Notes: a model not told the origin generated them from the letters alone. 64,000 bases of DNA from Acidobacteriota bacterium (GCA_965209055.1 OZ242374.1:2528001-2592000), one strand, 5' to 3'; shown: positions 49,446 to 59,561, counted from the stretch's first letter. Numbers and translations are program-made.

Positions 49446-50831
49446 TCACAGAGCAAGCTGCTGGGCTTGCGCGTGCCAGGTGACTTGCAGCTCACGCCCG
49501 CGGAAAGGCCGATCCATAGTGCCCCGCTGGCCGTGGCCAGTACTCCAGCAGTTCGGCCACCGGAGTCGTTCCAGTCCGTGTGAGGAAGCGGATGGCAGCG
49601 TCGACCATGAGTCTCGGTCGTCTCTCCGCCAGAGAACGCCACCAGGCCCCATGCCGGTGTGGAAGGCGAGTTGAAGTGTGAAAGGTTCATTGGGTGGAAG
49701 CGGCGGGCCAAGCCAGTAGCTGGGACTGCGGCCGGGAGCTTTGCTCAGAAGGACGGCGACACGGCGTTTGTGTCCAAGCAGTCCAATCCAGACCGGCGCC
49801 AGCACCCGGCAGTCATCCCAACCACTGAGCAGAGTTTGCGCTTCCCCGTCCCGGGAGGGGCCAATGATCCCCGAAAAGCGCCACGCGATCATAAACTCGG
49901 CTGAGTCGGAGCCCTCAAATTCGCAGGGTAGTTCTTGAATTTCGTTGGAAGGACCGAACGGCGTCCAACTCTCAGAAGGGGGCAGGTGTGGCGGCCACTC
50001 CAACCATGCTCTGATCTCGCCTGAAGTTTCCAGGACTTGGTAGCGCAGTCCGTCTGAATCGAGTGTGGCCTGCACGCAGTGCAGGGTCCCGCGTGTCCTG
50101 CCGGCTCCACCGGTCAATACCTGAAGCACACCTTGGTGAACCTGTACGTCGAAGGTCAGAAGGTGACTGCATACATACGCAAACACTCGGTGTCGGACCA
50201 GTACATCCCAGAATTCACGGCCGTCTTCGGGCACGATTCCCAACTCATGGGGACCGAAATGCCCTTTGACGGGATGGGCAGGATGATGGCCGAACACGAG
50301 TCGGTACCGTGCATCGGCATGGTCCGACAGGGTTTGATCGAGCCACGTGGTTTCCACACGCCCTTCGCCTCCGTGTCCGGACCAGAGGGTGTTGACGAAG
50401 ACGAGAAGCAGATCGTCGCGGCGTACGAAATAGGTCAGTCCCTCCTGGCCCGGTGGCCCGTTGCGGGGCAGGTGCGCCAGAATTTCCCTGAACACGCGCT
50501 CACTTGCCGGATCGTAGGCCGTATGGTTTCCCGTGGTGTGAAAGAGCGGGATCCTGGTCCTGTCCAGCCAGTGCATTTCCCGCTCGAACCAGTAGCGCCA
50601 TTGGTTTCTCAAAGTCTCTTCATCAGTGGAGAGACCGATGATCTCGTCACCCGGAAAGCAGATGAATTGAGGCTGGGGGCGAAGGCGAGCAAGGACGGCG
50701 TTCACCCTTGCAAAGTTGGCCTCCTCCGGTTTTCCCGCCACGCCGGAGCAGCTGTCCGCATAGCAGACGAACTGATGGCCAGCTCCGTCGCGCGGGGTGA
50801 GGGCAGCGATCGTGGGAGAAAGCAAATCCAC
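49446..50831 (-). CDS. calcineurin-like metallophosphoesterase with C-terminal extension
   Basis: YADS, FPGD, GNH, FGHHP, SHL motifs. Confidence 0.85.
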   Translation of the reverse strand: MDLLSPTIAALTPRDGAGHQFVCYADSCSGVAGKPEEANFARVNAVLARLRPQPQFICFPGDEIIGLSTDEETLRNQWRYWFEREMHWLDRTRIPLFHTTGNHTAYDPASERVFREILAHLPRNGPPGQEGLTYFVRRDDLLLVFVNTLWSGHGGEGRVETTWLDQTLSDHADARYRLVFGHHPAHPVKGHFGPHELGIVPEDGREFWDVLVRHRVFAYVCSHLLTFDVQVHQGVLQVLTGGAGRTRGTLHCVQATLDSDGLRYQVLETSGEIRAWLEWPPHLPPSESWTPFGPSNEIQELPCEFEGSDSAEFMIAWRFSGIIGPSRDGEAQTLLSGWDDCRVLAPVWIGLLGHKRRVAVLLSKAPGRSPSYWLGPPLPPNEPFTLQLAFHTGMGPGGVLWRRDDRDSWSTLPSASSHGLERLRWPNCWSTGHGQRGTMDRPFRGRELQVTWHAQAQQLAL

Positions 50832-50909
50832 AGGGTTATCTCATGGGTTGAGGAACAGTTCGGACGTGGACTCGAAAACGCTCCAGAAATAAGGCGTGAG
50901 TGGCCAGGT

Positions 50910-51287
50910 TCAGTGGACCCGGCCGGGTGAGAAGGCTTTCTCCTCCTCGAACCCATGGGTCAGGACGAAGAAATACGAAGGGCTCTGGCCCAGGTCCGAC
51001 TCGATGACCAACTCGAAGAGGTTTTCCTCGTTGCTCTCACTGGCCACCGCTTGGACGTAGCCAATCTCCTCGGACTTGATGAAGAGTTCTCCCAAGAGGA
51101 GCTTGCCCCGGAGGACCTGAACCAGCAGAGTGCCGTCCGGCTCACTGGCGAAATGCCAGTGGAGGTCCTCGTCGTCGTAGAGGACGGCGTTCATCGTTCC
51201 CGCCCTCAAGATGCAGTTGGGATGGGCGTTGAGCCATCTCCAGAAAGCGTCGAACGTCATCGTGAAAGGAGCTTCCATGCGGCTCAT
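50910..51287 (-). CDS. hypothetical protein
   Basis: Typical codon usage; FW.WL..HPNCILRAGT..LYD. Confidence 0.7.
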   Translation of the reverse strand: MSRMEAPFTMTFDAFWRWLNAHPNCILRAGTMNAVLYDDEDLHWHFASEPDGTLLVQVLRGKLLLGELFIKSEEIGYVQAVASESNEENLFELVIESDLGQSPSYFFVLTHGFEEEKAFSPGRVH

Positions 51288-51336
51288 GGTAACAGTCCGC
51301 AGCGGAAGTCGTCACGGCATTCGGCCCGGTCTCCGG

Positions 51337-52581
51337 CTACCGCCGGAGGGCCGCTTCGACGCCCAAGAATCCTGCCAGCAGGAAGAAAATGAGGATCGAG
51401 GCCAGCACTATCGAGGTCCAGGGCCGGTTCCGGTAACGGCTGCCGATCCATCCGGACTTGCCGTTCATGCGCAGCAACGCCGCCGCCAGCATGGGGACGA
51501 AGAGCACGCCGACGATGGCATAGGTTTTCTGCATCCGGGCGAACCCGACCCACAGGCCCACCATCGGAATCGTGGCCATGGCGTACATGAAACCCCGGTA
51601 GATCCTGGAGTCGGGGTCCACACGCCGGCTCTTGCCTGATCCCCGGTTACCCATCAGCGAGGTCAGGTCGGTGAACAAGTAGGGAATGCTCTGCCACGCC
51701 CCCAGGAGACTGCTGAAGATAGCTCCCCAGGCTCCCAACAGGAACGCCCAGCCCCCCAATGGTCCCAGAGACTCCGACAGACGCTCAGCCAGGCGAATCA
51801 GCAGCGTGGCGCCGCCGCCCTGAACCTCGACCTGGCTGCCGATGATCACCATGGCCAAGCCGAAGAGGGCCGTTACGACGTAGGCGGCGGCCAGATCGAG
51901 ACGGCAGATTGTGAGATCCTTCACGCCGCGCCGCCCCTCCTCCTGGATCCAGTAGCCGTAGCAGAGGATGGTGACCGTACCGCCCACGCCCCCCATGAGG
52001 GCCAGCGTCCATCCCAGGCCCTGGCCGCTCGATTCGGGGATAGCGGGCCACACCAGGCCGGCGATGACCTCCCCCCAATCCGGCGCCAGGCGGACGGCGG
52101 AAACCACGACCGTGCAGAACATCAGGCCGATGCAGACCCGCATGACCTTTTCGAAGAGCCGGTAGCCTCCCAGGCGGACCATCAGGACTCCGATCAGGCT
52201 CCACACGATCCCGTGGAAGATCTTGCCCGTGGCCGGATCGGAATGAAGGGGCAGGAGGGCATGGGAAGCCACGCCGCAGGCGCTCATCAGCGCCGCCGCC
52301 ACCAGGAAGCTCCAGACCACCAGGTATCCCAGGAAGAGGTATTGGACGGGGCGGCCCAGGCGATCCACGGCGCCTTCCAGGAGGGTCTGCCCCGTGGCCA
52401 GTTGCCAGCGCGTGATCCCCTCGCTGAGGACGTACTTGAAGAAACTGCCGGCCAGGACGGCCCAGAGGATGGCGACCCCGAGCTTCGATCCGGCGAAACC
52501 GGCGGTGGCCAGGTCTCCGGCGCCCACGCCGGTGGCCGCCACCAGCAATCCGGGTCCCAATATGGCAAGCGGATTTCTCAT
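51337..52581 (-). CDS. Nramp-related (APC superfamily) transporter
   Basis: GPGLLVAATGVGAGDL N-terminal motif; many TM helices. Confidence 0.88.
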   Translation of the reverse strand: MRNPLAILGPGLLVAATGVGAGDLATAGFAGSKLGVAILWAVLAGSFFKYVLSEGITRWQLATGQTLLEGAVDRLGRPVQYLFLGYLVVWSFLVAAALMSACGVASHALLPLHSDPATGKIFHGIVWSLIGVLMVRLGGYRLFEKVMRVCIGLMFCTVVVSAVRLAPDWGEVIAGLVWPAIPESSGQGLGWTLALMGGVGGTVTILCYGYWIQEEGRRGVKDLTICRLDLAAAYVVTALFGLAMVIIGSQVEVQGGGATLLIRLAERLSESLGPLGGWAFLLGAWGAIFSSLLGAWQSIPYLFTDLTSLMGNRGSGKSRRVDPDSRIYRGFMYAMATIPMVGLWVGFARMQKTYAIVGVLFVPMLAAALLRMNGKSGWIGSRYRNRPWTSIVLASILIFFLLAGFLGVEAALRR

Positions 52582-52760
52582 CTTGTGTCCCACACTAGTC
52601 TGCTGGAGCCAGCCGCCGTTCGCTACCTTGGATCTCCAACCAATCAGAAGGGGGCCGTCTGGGCTATCACCTCACCGGCGCCGACCTCTACTCCTTCCGG
52701 TCGGACTCGGACTGAGCTCCGAAGAGGGGGGAGAAACCGACACGAAGTTTACGAATATCG

Positions 52761-53996
52761 CTATCGCATTCCACGTCGGCCAAAGAGCTGAGACAATTGG
52801 GCCATCGCTGGATGAGAAGCCGTTACGGCAGACGGGAGATTCTCATATCTGTCCAGCAATTCCGATTCCGAAGATTCTCGCGGCCAATCGAGGTTGGGCG
52901 AGATATGTTTGTCTTCTATCGCGACGGCGGACATTTCAAGTAGACCGATCAGGTCCCGCGTCGCCGCACGACGGGGATGTTTAAGATCTTTGTAGAGCCC
53001 TCCAATACGTTGTCCTAGCTCATACCCAGTGGAGGGCCCAACGTCCAATAGAATCTCCAGGATCTGCAGTTGCCTCTGGGCCAGCACGCGCCGGCGGGGA
53101 CTTCGTAGTTTCCCAAACAACGATCTGGCGAATTCCCGGAACAGCACTCGGCGATGATTGGTGGCGATGGCCTCGGCAACCACGTTGCATCTCTCGGCCA
53201 CCGCCGGCAGCGCAAGCTTCAGAAACGGCGTCAGATCGTGTCCGTTTTCGCGGGTTTCGTACAGAGCGGTCAAGTACTCGTCTTTGTGTTCGTAGTAGTA
53301 GTTGGACAGGCTGACCATGATCACGTCGTTGACCCCGGCCCGCCGCAGCATGAATGCTTCCAAAGCGCGGGCGGTGCGGCCGTTTCCGTCGCCGAAGGGG
53401 TGCATGGCGCCGATGTGGTAGTGAGCGGCAATAGCCTGAATGAGACGGTCGTGACGCTGGAACTCTCCGGCGATGGCGGCAGCGAGGCCTTCGAAGGCCT
53501 CGCTGCATTCACGGCCGCCCTCGGCACCCCGGCAGCGTGGCGTCCCGAAGGTGACGTTCCACGCGTCAGGACGTGTCCGGCCCGGTTCGCAATGATCATC
53601 GTCGCATCCGGTCACGATGCGCCGGTGGATTTCCCGGATGAAATCGGCGCTGACCGGCTGTTCGGCAGGTCTTGAACGCAGCCAGCGGCAGGTGGCGTCA
53701 GCGGCGCGAAGTTGACGCTGGGAACGGGTCAATCTAGTCGTCGCAGTCAGGGTGGCAGCGAGAGCTTCGTCCTGTTCGCGTTGCGTGAACTCGGCGCCTT
53801 CAATGCGCGATGTGGCGGCCGCTTCCAATCGCAACTGCTCCGCGTGCGCCTCCTCAATCCACTGAGGTAGATATGGCATCTGATTTAGGACGCCGCCGCC
53901 GGTCTTGGCCTCGACCAGCCGGTGGAAGACGGCAGGGGGATCGTAGTGCACCCATCGCTGGGGGACCACATAGCGACTGACATTATCGGCAGTCAT
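52761..53996 (-). CDS. Fic-family protein (class II) with probable C-terminal winged HTH
   Basis: HPFGDGNGRTAR catalytic motif; N-terminal TSRIEG inhibitory motif. Confidence 0.94.
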   Translation of the reverse strand: MTADNVSRYVVPQRWVHYDPPAVFHRLVEAKTGGGVLNQMPYLPQWIEEAHAEQLRLEAAATSRIEGAEFTQREQDEALAATLTATTRLTRSQRQLRAADATCRWLRSRPAEQPVSADFIREIHRRIVTGCDDDHCEPGRTRPDAWNVTFGTPRCRGAEGGRECSEAFEGLAAAIAGEFQRHDRLIQAIAAHYHIGAMHPFGDGNGRTARALEAFMLRRAGVNDVIMVSLSNYYYEHKDEYLTALYETRENGHDLTPFLKLALPAVAERCNVVAEAIATNHRRVLFREFARSLFGKLRSPRRRVLAQRQLQILEILLDVGPSTGYELGQRIGGLYKDLKHPRRAATRDLIGLLEMSAVAIEDKHISPNLDWPRESSESELLDRYENLPSAVTASHPAMAQLSQLFGRRGMR

Positions 53997-54108
53997 TTCC
54001 GTCTCATTTCCAGTTCATTTCAAATACATTTATTTGGATCATGAATATTATGAGTGATTTACACCTTTAAATCGTACAGTCATTTCCGTCTCATTTCCAG
54101 TTCATTTC
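53990..54108. repeat. two identical 32-bp direct repeats separated by 55 AT-rich bp
   Basis: CAGTCATTTCCGTCTCATTTCCAGTTCATTTC at 53990-54021 and 54077-54108. Confidence 0.95.
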
Positions 54109-54261
54109 GCTCTCGTTTCCACGGTCTCTTCGGAATCGAGTCCGCATACCGAGCAATACCTTCCTGATGACCGTTCTGAGACCCTCGCGGCATCGCGGGA
54201 AGACTCAGCAGTTGAAATGTCCCCATTCAATCCCAACTTGTGCGCAGCCTCCCTGCCTTAG

Positions 54262-54283
54262 GCCGAGGTTGGAGAACCTCGAC
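54262..54283. repeat. REP-like hairpin, family B
   Basis: CGAGGTT-GGAG-AACCTCG; reverse complement resembles 62492-62512. Confidence 0.45.
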
Positions 54284-54327
54284 GTTTACCGTCTCGACCA
54301 GTAACCTGACGTGTCAGGAGGTGTGAA

Positions 54328-55863
54328 GTGGTACTCCCGCACTCATGGAGACTTGTCGGAATTGCAGTGGCGTCGTTGCTGGCTTCCGCAGGGCCGGTTC
54401 AGGCCGAGGTTCGGTTGCCGGCCGTGATCTCGGACCACATGCTCCTGCAGCAGAAGGTTCCGGTACGGATCTGGGGTTGGGCTGGTCCCGATGAAACCGT
54501 CCACGTCCGCTTCCGGGGCCGGAGTTACGCGGCGAATCCGCCGTTGCCGGGGGAATCGGGAGACTGGGAAGTGTTCCTGGCCCCTTCGGAAGCCGGTGGA
54601 CCCTTTCGTCTGGAGGTCCGGGGGAGCAATACCCTCGTCTTTGACGACGTTCTGGTGGGGGACGTCTGGGTGGCTTCGGGGCAGTCCAACATGGACTGGT
54701 CGGTCCGGCGTTCCAGGAATCCGGATCAGGAGATCGCCCAGGCCAACTTTCCCAGGATCCGCCTCTTCAAGGTTGCCCGAAACGTGGCCGACGAGCCGCT
54801 GGAGGACGTGGAAGGCGCATGGCATCCCTGTTCTCCAGAGTCGGTCGAGCATTTTTCGGCCGTCGGTTACTACTTCGCCCGCCATCTTCACCGGAAGCTG
54901 GGTCACCCCGTCGGCGTGATCCAGACGGCGTGGGGAGGGACCCCGGCACAGGCCTGGGTCAGCCGGACTCACCTCAAGTCCGATCCCGCTCTGACGCCGG
55001 CTTTGGAGAAATGGCAACGGGTGCTGGCCGAGTATCCAAAACGGCAGAAGGAGCATCTGGCGGAGGTCGCCCGCTGGGAACAGAAGGCCGCGGCCGCAAA
55101 GAAAAAAGGCGAACCTGTGCCTCGCCGGCCGCGCCGCCCCCTGGGTCCCGGCCATCCGTGGACGCCTGGAGGTCTCTTCAACGCCATGATCTCGCCACTC
55201 GTGCCCTATGCCGTCCGCGGCGCCATTTGGTACCAGGGGGAGAACAATGGTCATTTCGCGGAGGCCCATCTCTACCGCTCTCTTTTCCCAGCGCTGATCC
55301 AAAACTGGAGAACACACTGGAAAACAGGTCCGTTCCCCTTCCTCTTCGTCCAGTTGGCCAACTACCGAAAAACTCCCGAAGGCAGCGAATGGCCCGAGCT
55401 CAGGGAAGCCCAGCTCATGACGCTGAGCGTCAGGAACACGGGTATGGCGGTCACCATCGATATCGGCAACCCGGAAGACATCCATCCCAAGAACAAGCAG
55501 GACGTGGGCAAGCGCCTGGCTCTGGCGGCACGCGCGTTGGCCCACGGCGAGGACCTGGTCTACTCGGGACCCGTCTTTCGCAGGGTCACACCCGGGGAAT
55601 CCGGACTACGGATCTGGTTCGACCACGTGGGGGGCGGGCTCGAGAGCCGGGGGGGCGATTTGACCGGCTTTGAGGTGGCCGGAGCCGACCGCCGCTTCGT
55701 GCCGGCGTCCGCCCGGATCGATGCCGGGACCGTTGTGGTTTCCAGCCCGGAAGTGGAGCGGGCCGTTGCCGTCCGCTACGGGTGGAGCGACAGCCCCGTC
55801 TGCAATCTCTATAACGCCGAGGCACTTCCCGCCTCGCCCTTCCGCAGCGACGCTTGGGAATAG
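54328..55863 (+). CDS. sialate O-acetylesterase family protein (SASA/SGNH)
   Basis: Signal peptide; GDVW.ASGQSNM, FSAVGYYF, IWYQGE, VQLANY, DIHPKNK. Confidence 0.93.
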   Translation: MVLPHSWRLVGIAVASLLASAGPVQAEVRLPAVISDHMLLQQKVPVRIWGWAGPDETVHVRFRGRSYAANPPLPGESGDWEVFLAPSEAGGPFRLEVRGSNTLVFDDVLVGDVWVASGQSNMDWSVRRSRNPDQEIAQANFPRIRLFKVARNVADEPLEDVEGAWHPCSPESVEHFSAVGYYFARHLHRKLGHPVGVIQTAWGGTPAQAWVSRTHLKSDPALTPALEKWQRVLAEYPKRQKEHLAEVARWEQKAAAAKKKGEPVPRRPRRPLGPGHPWTPGGLFNAMISPLVPYAVRGAIWYQGENNGHFAEAHLYRSLFPALIQNWRTHWKTGPFPFLFVQLANYRKTPEGSEWPELREAQLMTLSVRNTGMAVTIDIGNPEDIHPKNKQDVGKRLALAARALAHGEDLVYSGPVFRRVTPGESGLRIWFDHVGGGLESRGGDLTGFEVAGADRRFVPASARIDAGTVVVSSPEVERAVAVRYGWSDSPVCNLYNAEALPASPFRSDAWE

Positions 55864-55884
55864 TCCGGATCGGGCAGCGGCGGA

Positions 55885-56871
55885 TCAACTGCTGGAAAAA
55901 GCCGGCATGACCCGGGTCGCGAAGAGCTCCATGGACTCCAGCATGTCCCGCTGCGAGATGCCTTGGTGCTGGCAATGGTAGACAAGGGTGTCGGCGCCCA
56001 TGTCACGATAGTCGGCCACCTGCTCGATGCACTCCCCGGGTGTCCCCAGGATGAGCCGGTCCTGAAAATCATCCAGTTGACCGTACTTGTATCGCCTTCC
56101 CTCCGGAGTGTCCTTCATCCAGCCGGAATAGCGCCGGTATTGCTCCAGCAGCGGTTTCTCCACCAACGCTCGTGCCCGGGCCCGCGTCTTGGCCACGAAT
56201 CCCAGGCGGGACACCACGAGCGTTCCCTGTTTGCCGAATTCATCCAGGGCGTTTCGATAGACCCGGATCTTTTCCCCGAGTTCCCGCCGGCCGAGACTGG
56301 CGCTGGGCAACCAGCCGTCCGCCAGCCGGGCCGAACGGCGGACCACAACATCGGCTGTCCCGCCGATCCAGATGGGAGGCCGGGGTTTCCGGACCGGCAG
56401 CGGACCGATGCGGACGTCTCGACAGCGGAAGTATTTTCCCTGGAAGGTGACCGACTCGCCGGCCCAGAGCCGGGAGATCACCTCCAGGTTCTCCAGGAAA
56501 CGGCCCCGCCGTTGGCGCAGCAGGACGTCTGAAATGGCCAGTTCCTCCTCCCGGTAACCCAGAACCAGACCGAAGAGGAGACGGCCGCCCGAGATCACGT
56601 CCACGTGCGCCGCCTGCTCGGCCAGCAGGATCGGGTTGTAGATGGGGAGGATGAATCCGCTGGAGCAGAGCTGAATCCGGCGGGTGACCGGAGCCAGCGC
56701 GGCCAGGGTCGTGAGCATCTCATGGAAGCCGGAGGGCCAGAGATGCCGGTCGCCCAGGCAGACCAAGTCGAATCCCAACTCCTCGGCCACCTGGACCCTT
56801 TCCCGGAGTTGGTCGAAGCTGGCCTGTCCGGAGTCGGTGAAGGTCTGTCCGAGAATGATTCCGAAGTTCAT
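55885..56871 (-). CDS. LLM-class flavin-dependent oxidoreductase
   Basis: AEELGFD, P..LAEQAA.VD.ISGGRL, PPIWIGG, ADGW, ELFA..VMP. Confidence 0.92.
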   Translation of the reverse strand: MNFGIILGQTFTDSGQASFDQLRERVQVAEELGFDLVCLGDRHLWPSGFHEMLTTLAALAPVTRRIQLCSSGFILPIYNPILLAEQAAHVDVISGGRLLFGLVLGYREEELAISDVLLRQRRGRFLENLEVISRLWAGESVTFQGKYFRCRDVRIGPLPVRKPRPPIWIGGTADVVVRRSARLADGWLPSASLGRRELGEKIRVYRNALDEFGKQGTLVVSRLGFVAKTRARARALVEKPLLEQYRRYSGWMKDTPEGRRYKYGQLDDFQDRLILGTPGECIEQVADYRDMGADTLVYHCQHQGISQRDMLESMELFATRVMPAFSSS

Positions 56872-57028
56872 ACACGCCCTGTTCGCAGTCTGCGCTCTCC
56901 GCCCCGGCATCGGGGATGCCGGGGAAGCAATGGGCCGCTATTCTACTGAAGGGGAGATCAGGAGGGTATCCTGGCGGCCTGGGACTCCGTTGGTCCGGGG
57001 CTCCCATCCGAGGGCCACGAGGCAGACA

Positions 57029-58864
57029 GTGACGGCGATATTGGGAATCTCGGCGTTTTATCACGACTCGGCCGCGGCTCTGGTCCGAGACGGCGAGATC
57101 GTGGCGGCGGCCCAGGAGGAGCGTTTCAGCCGGAAGAAGCATGACGCCTCCTTCCCCGCGCAGGCCATCGAGTACTGTCTGGAGGAAGCCGGTCTCACGC
57201 CGGACGAGCTTGACTTCGTGGGCTTCTACGACAAGCCCTTGATGAAGTTCGAAAGGCTGCTGGAGACCTACCTTGCCTTTGCGCCCAGGGGATTCTCCTC
57301 GTTCGTGAAGGCGATGCCGGTCTGGCTCCGGGAGAAGCTTCATCTCCCGGGGCAGATGACCCGGGGGCTCGGCGGGGCCTACCGCAAGCGGTTCATCTTC
57401 ACCGAGCATCACGAGTCCCACGCGGCCAGCGCCTTCTTTCCCTCACCCTTCCGGGACGCCGCAATCCTGACCGTGGACGGGGTGGGGGAGTGGGCCACCG
57501 CCGCCTACGGCACCGGAAAGGATAACCGGATCCGGCTGACCCACGAGCTTCGCTTTCCCCATTCTCCGGGTCTTCTCTATTCCGCCTTCACCTATTTTTG
57601 CGGGTTCCGGGTGAACTCGGGGGAGTACAAACTCATGGGGTTGGCGCCCTACGGCGAGCCCCGGTACATGGACCTGATTCTCCGGCGGATCATCGACCTG
57701 AAGGAGGACGGCTCCTTCCGCATGGACATGTCCTATTTCAACTATTGCCAGGGCCTGACCATGACCTCCCGCAAGTTCGAGCGACTCTTCGGCGGAGCGC
57801 CCCGTCAGCCCGAGACGCCGCTGACGCAGCGGGAGATGGACCTGGCCGCCTCCATCCAGCGGGTCATGGAGGAGATCCTGCTGCGAATGGCCCGGCACGT
57901 CCACGCCCGGACCGGGCAGCCGAACCTCTGTCTGGCCGGCGGAGTCGCCCTCAATTGCGTGGCGAACGGACGGATACTGCGGGAAGGACCCTTCCGGGAG
58001 ATCTGGGTCCAGCCCGCGGCCGGAGACGCCGGCGGCGCCCTGGGAACGGCCCTCTTCATCTGGCACCAGTTGCTGGAGAACCGGCGCCGTGCGCAGACGC
58101 CCGACGGTCAGGAAGGCTCGCTTCTGGGTCCCTCGTATGCAGATACGGAGATCCGATCCTTCCTGGACTCGGCGGGTGCGGACTACGAGCAGATCGACGA
58201 TCCCGAAGAGCTGGTGCGGCGGGTGGCCCGGGTCATGGCCGATCAGAAGGTGGTGGGTTGGATGCAGGGGCGCATGGAATTCGGTCCCCGGGCCCTGGGA
58301 AGCCGGAGCATCCTGGGAGACGCCAGAAGCAGCCGAATGCAATCGGTGATGAACCTCAAGATTAAATTCCGGGAGTCGTTCCGGCCCTTTGCGCCGTCAG
58401 TCATGCGCGAGCACGTGGACGAGTATTTCCAGATGCGGTCCGAAGAAGACAGCCCCTACATGCTATTGGTGGCTCCGGTGCAGGACTCCAAGAGGGTGGC
58501 CTCGGACGGAAAGGCGCAGTTGACCGGACTGGACAAGCTGAGCGCCGACCGCTCCGTCGTCCCGGCCATCACCCACGTGGACCACTCGGCCCGGGTGCAG
58601 ACCGTCGACTCGGAGAGGCACGGGGCCTACTACCGGCTGCTAAGGGAATTCGACCGGCTGACCGGATGTCCCGTGGTCATCAACACCAGCTTCAACGTCC
58701 GGGGCGAGCCCATCGTCTGTTCGCCGGAGCAGGCCTACCGCTGTTTCATGTCCACCAACATGGACGTGCTGGTCATGGAGAATTTCATCCTGCTCAAGGA
58801 CCGGCAGCCTCGGGCGCGCGAATACGAAGTCGGCGCCTACTTGGCCCAGTTCGAACTGGACTAG
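57029..58864 (+). CDS. NodU/CmcH-family carbamoyltransferase
   Basis: ILGISAFYHDSAA, EHHESHAASAF, GEYKLMGLAPYG, GGVALNC, EFGPRALG.RS, NTSFN; GTG start. Confidence 0.95.
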   Translation: MTAILGISAFYHDSAAALVRDGEIVAAAQEERFSRKKHDASFPAQAIEYCLEEAGLTPDELDFVGFYDKPLMKFERLLETYLAFAPRGFSSFVKAMPVWLREKLHLPGQMTRGLGGAYRKRFIFTEHHESHAASAFFPSPFRDAAILTVDGVGEWATAAYGTGKDNRIRLTHELRFPHSPGLLYSAFTYFCGFRVNSGEYKLMGLAPYGEPRYMDLILRRIIDLKEDGSFRMDMSYFNYCQGLTMTSRKFERLFGGAPRQPETPLTQREMDLAASIQRVMEEILLRMARHVHARTGQPNLCLAGGVALNCVANGRILREGPFREIWVQPAAGDAGGALGTALFIWHQLLENRRRAQTPDGQEGSLLGPSYADTEIRSFLDSAGADYEQIDDPEELVRRVARVMADQKVVGWMQGRMEFGPRALGSRSILGDARSSRMQSVMNLKIKFRESFRPFAPSVMREHVDEYFQMRSEEDSPYMLLVAPVQDSKRVASDGKAQLTGLDKLSADRSVVPAITHVDHSARVQTVDSERHGAYYRLLREFDRLTGCPVVINTSFNVRGEPIVCSPEQAYRCFMSTNMDVLVMENFILLKDRQPRAREYEVGAYLAQFELD

Positions 58865-58906
58865 CGGTATTGCACGACCCGATGATCCCCAATGGATCTA
58901 ATGTGC

Positions 58907-59320
58907 TTAGACAGGAAAGATTTTGAAGGGTTTGGGGCCGACACGGTAGACGCCAAAATCCCGGCGATCAGTCGTCAACACGAGGTTGGTGTTCAGTTCC
59001 TCTGCGAGCACGACAAGCGTGGCATCGGCGTAGTCCATGGGGAGATCGGCATATCGCACCATAAGTTCTCGAGCACGTTGAAGGGAGGACTGTGAGGCCG
59101 GAACGAGTGCCGCCCCACCCCGAAGGAAGAACTGCAAACAGGCCTCAGGCCCTCCCGAAACTCGACCCAGAAGGTGTGTCGATTCTGTCAACACAGCTTC
59201 GGTGCTGACAACGTCTCCCTGCCACCTGGAATAAAATTGCACGATTGTTTGGTGATGCTGCTGCCTGTGATCGAGCAAGGACACCAATGCTCCCGTATCC
59301 AGGAGCAATTCACCTGCCAT
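58907..59320 (-). CDS. PIN-domain VapC toxin
   Basis: LLDTG, VLTE, MDYADA, TTDRRDF. Confidence 0.92.
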   Translation of the reverse strand: MAGELLLDTGALVSLLDHRQQHHQTIVQFYSRWQGDVVSTEAVLTESTHLLGRVSGGPEACLQFFLRGGAALVPASQSSLQRARELMVRYADLPMDYADATLVVLAEELNTNLVLTTDRRDFGVYRVGPKPFKIFPV

Positions 59321-59561
59321 GTCGCAGAGAATCCAGTATGTACTCTCGGTGACGTGTTGCCAGGTCCGGAATTCCAGAATCGAGAGAGCCTAGAAGTTCG
59401 CTGACCCGTTGGGCCGGATATTTCCGTCCGGAATCGATACGGAGAAACTGGCGTAATGCCATCCTCACTATTTGCGACGGCGTAACGTGCAGCTTCCGAG
59501 AAGCGAGCGTCACTCCGTTGCTAAGATCGTCGGGGATACGTACAGTCAATTGTCGTGACAT
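59310..59561 (-). CDS. ribbon-helix-helix (CopG-like) antitoxin
   Basis: QLTVRIPDDL..SQIVR.AL; G.LDSG.PDLA; overlaps toxin start. Confidence 0.88.
   Translation of the reverse strand: MSRQLTVRIPDDLSNGVTLASRKLHVTPSQIVRMALRQFLRIDSGRKYPAQRVSELLGSLDSGIPDLATRHREYILDSLRHGR

Noticed and set aside
53990-54108. 32-bp direct repeats as a minimal CRISPR array
   Set aside because: Only two copies, a 55-bp spacer, internally periodic non-palindromic sequence, overlap with a start codon, and no cas genes
54164-54232. Hammerhead ribozyme-like CTGATGA...GAAA around a hairpin
   Set aside because: The first stem II pair would be C-U and no stem I can be formed in any permutation I tried
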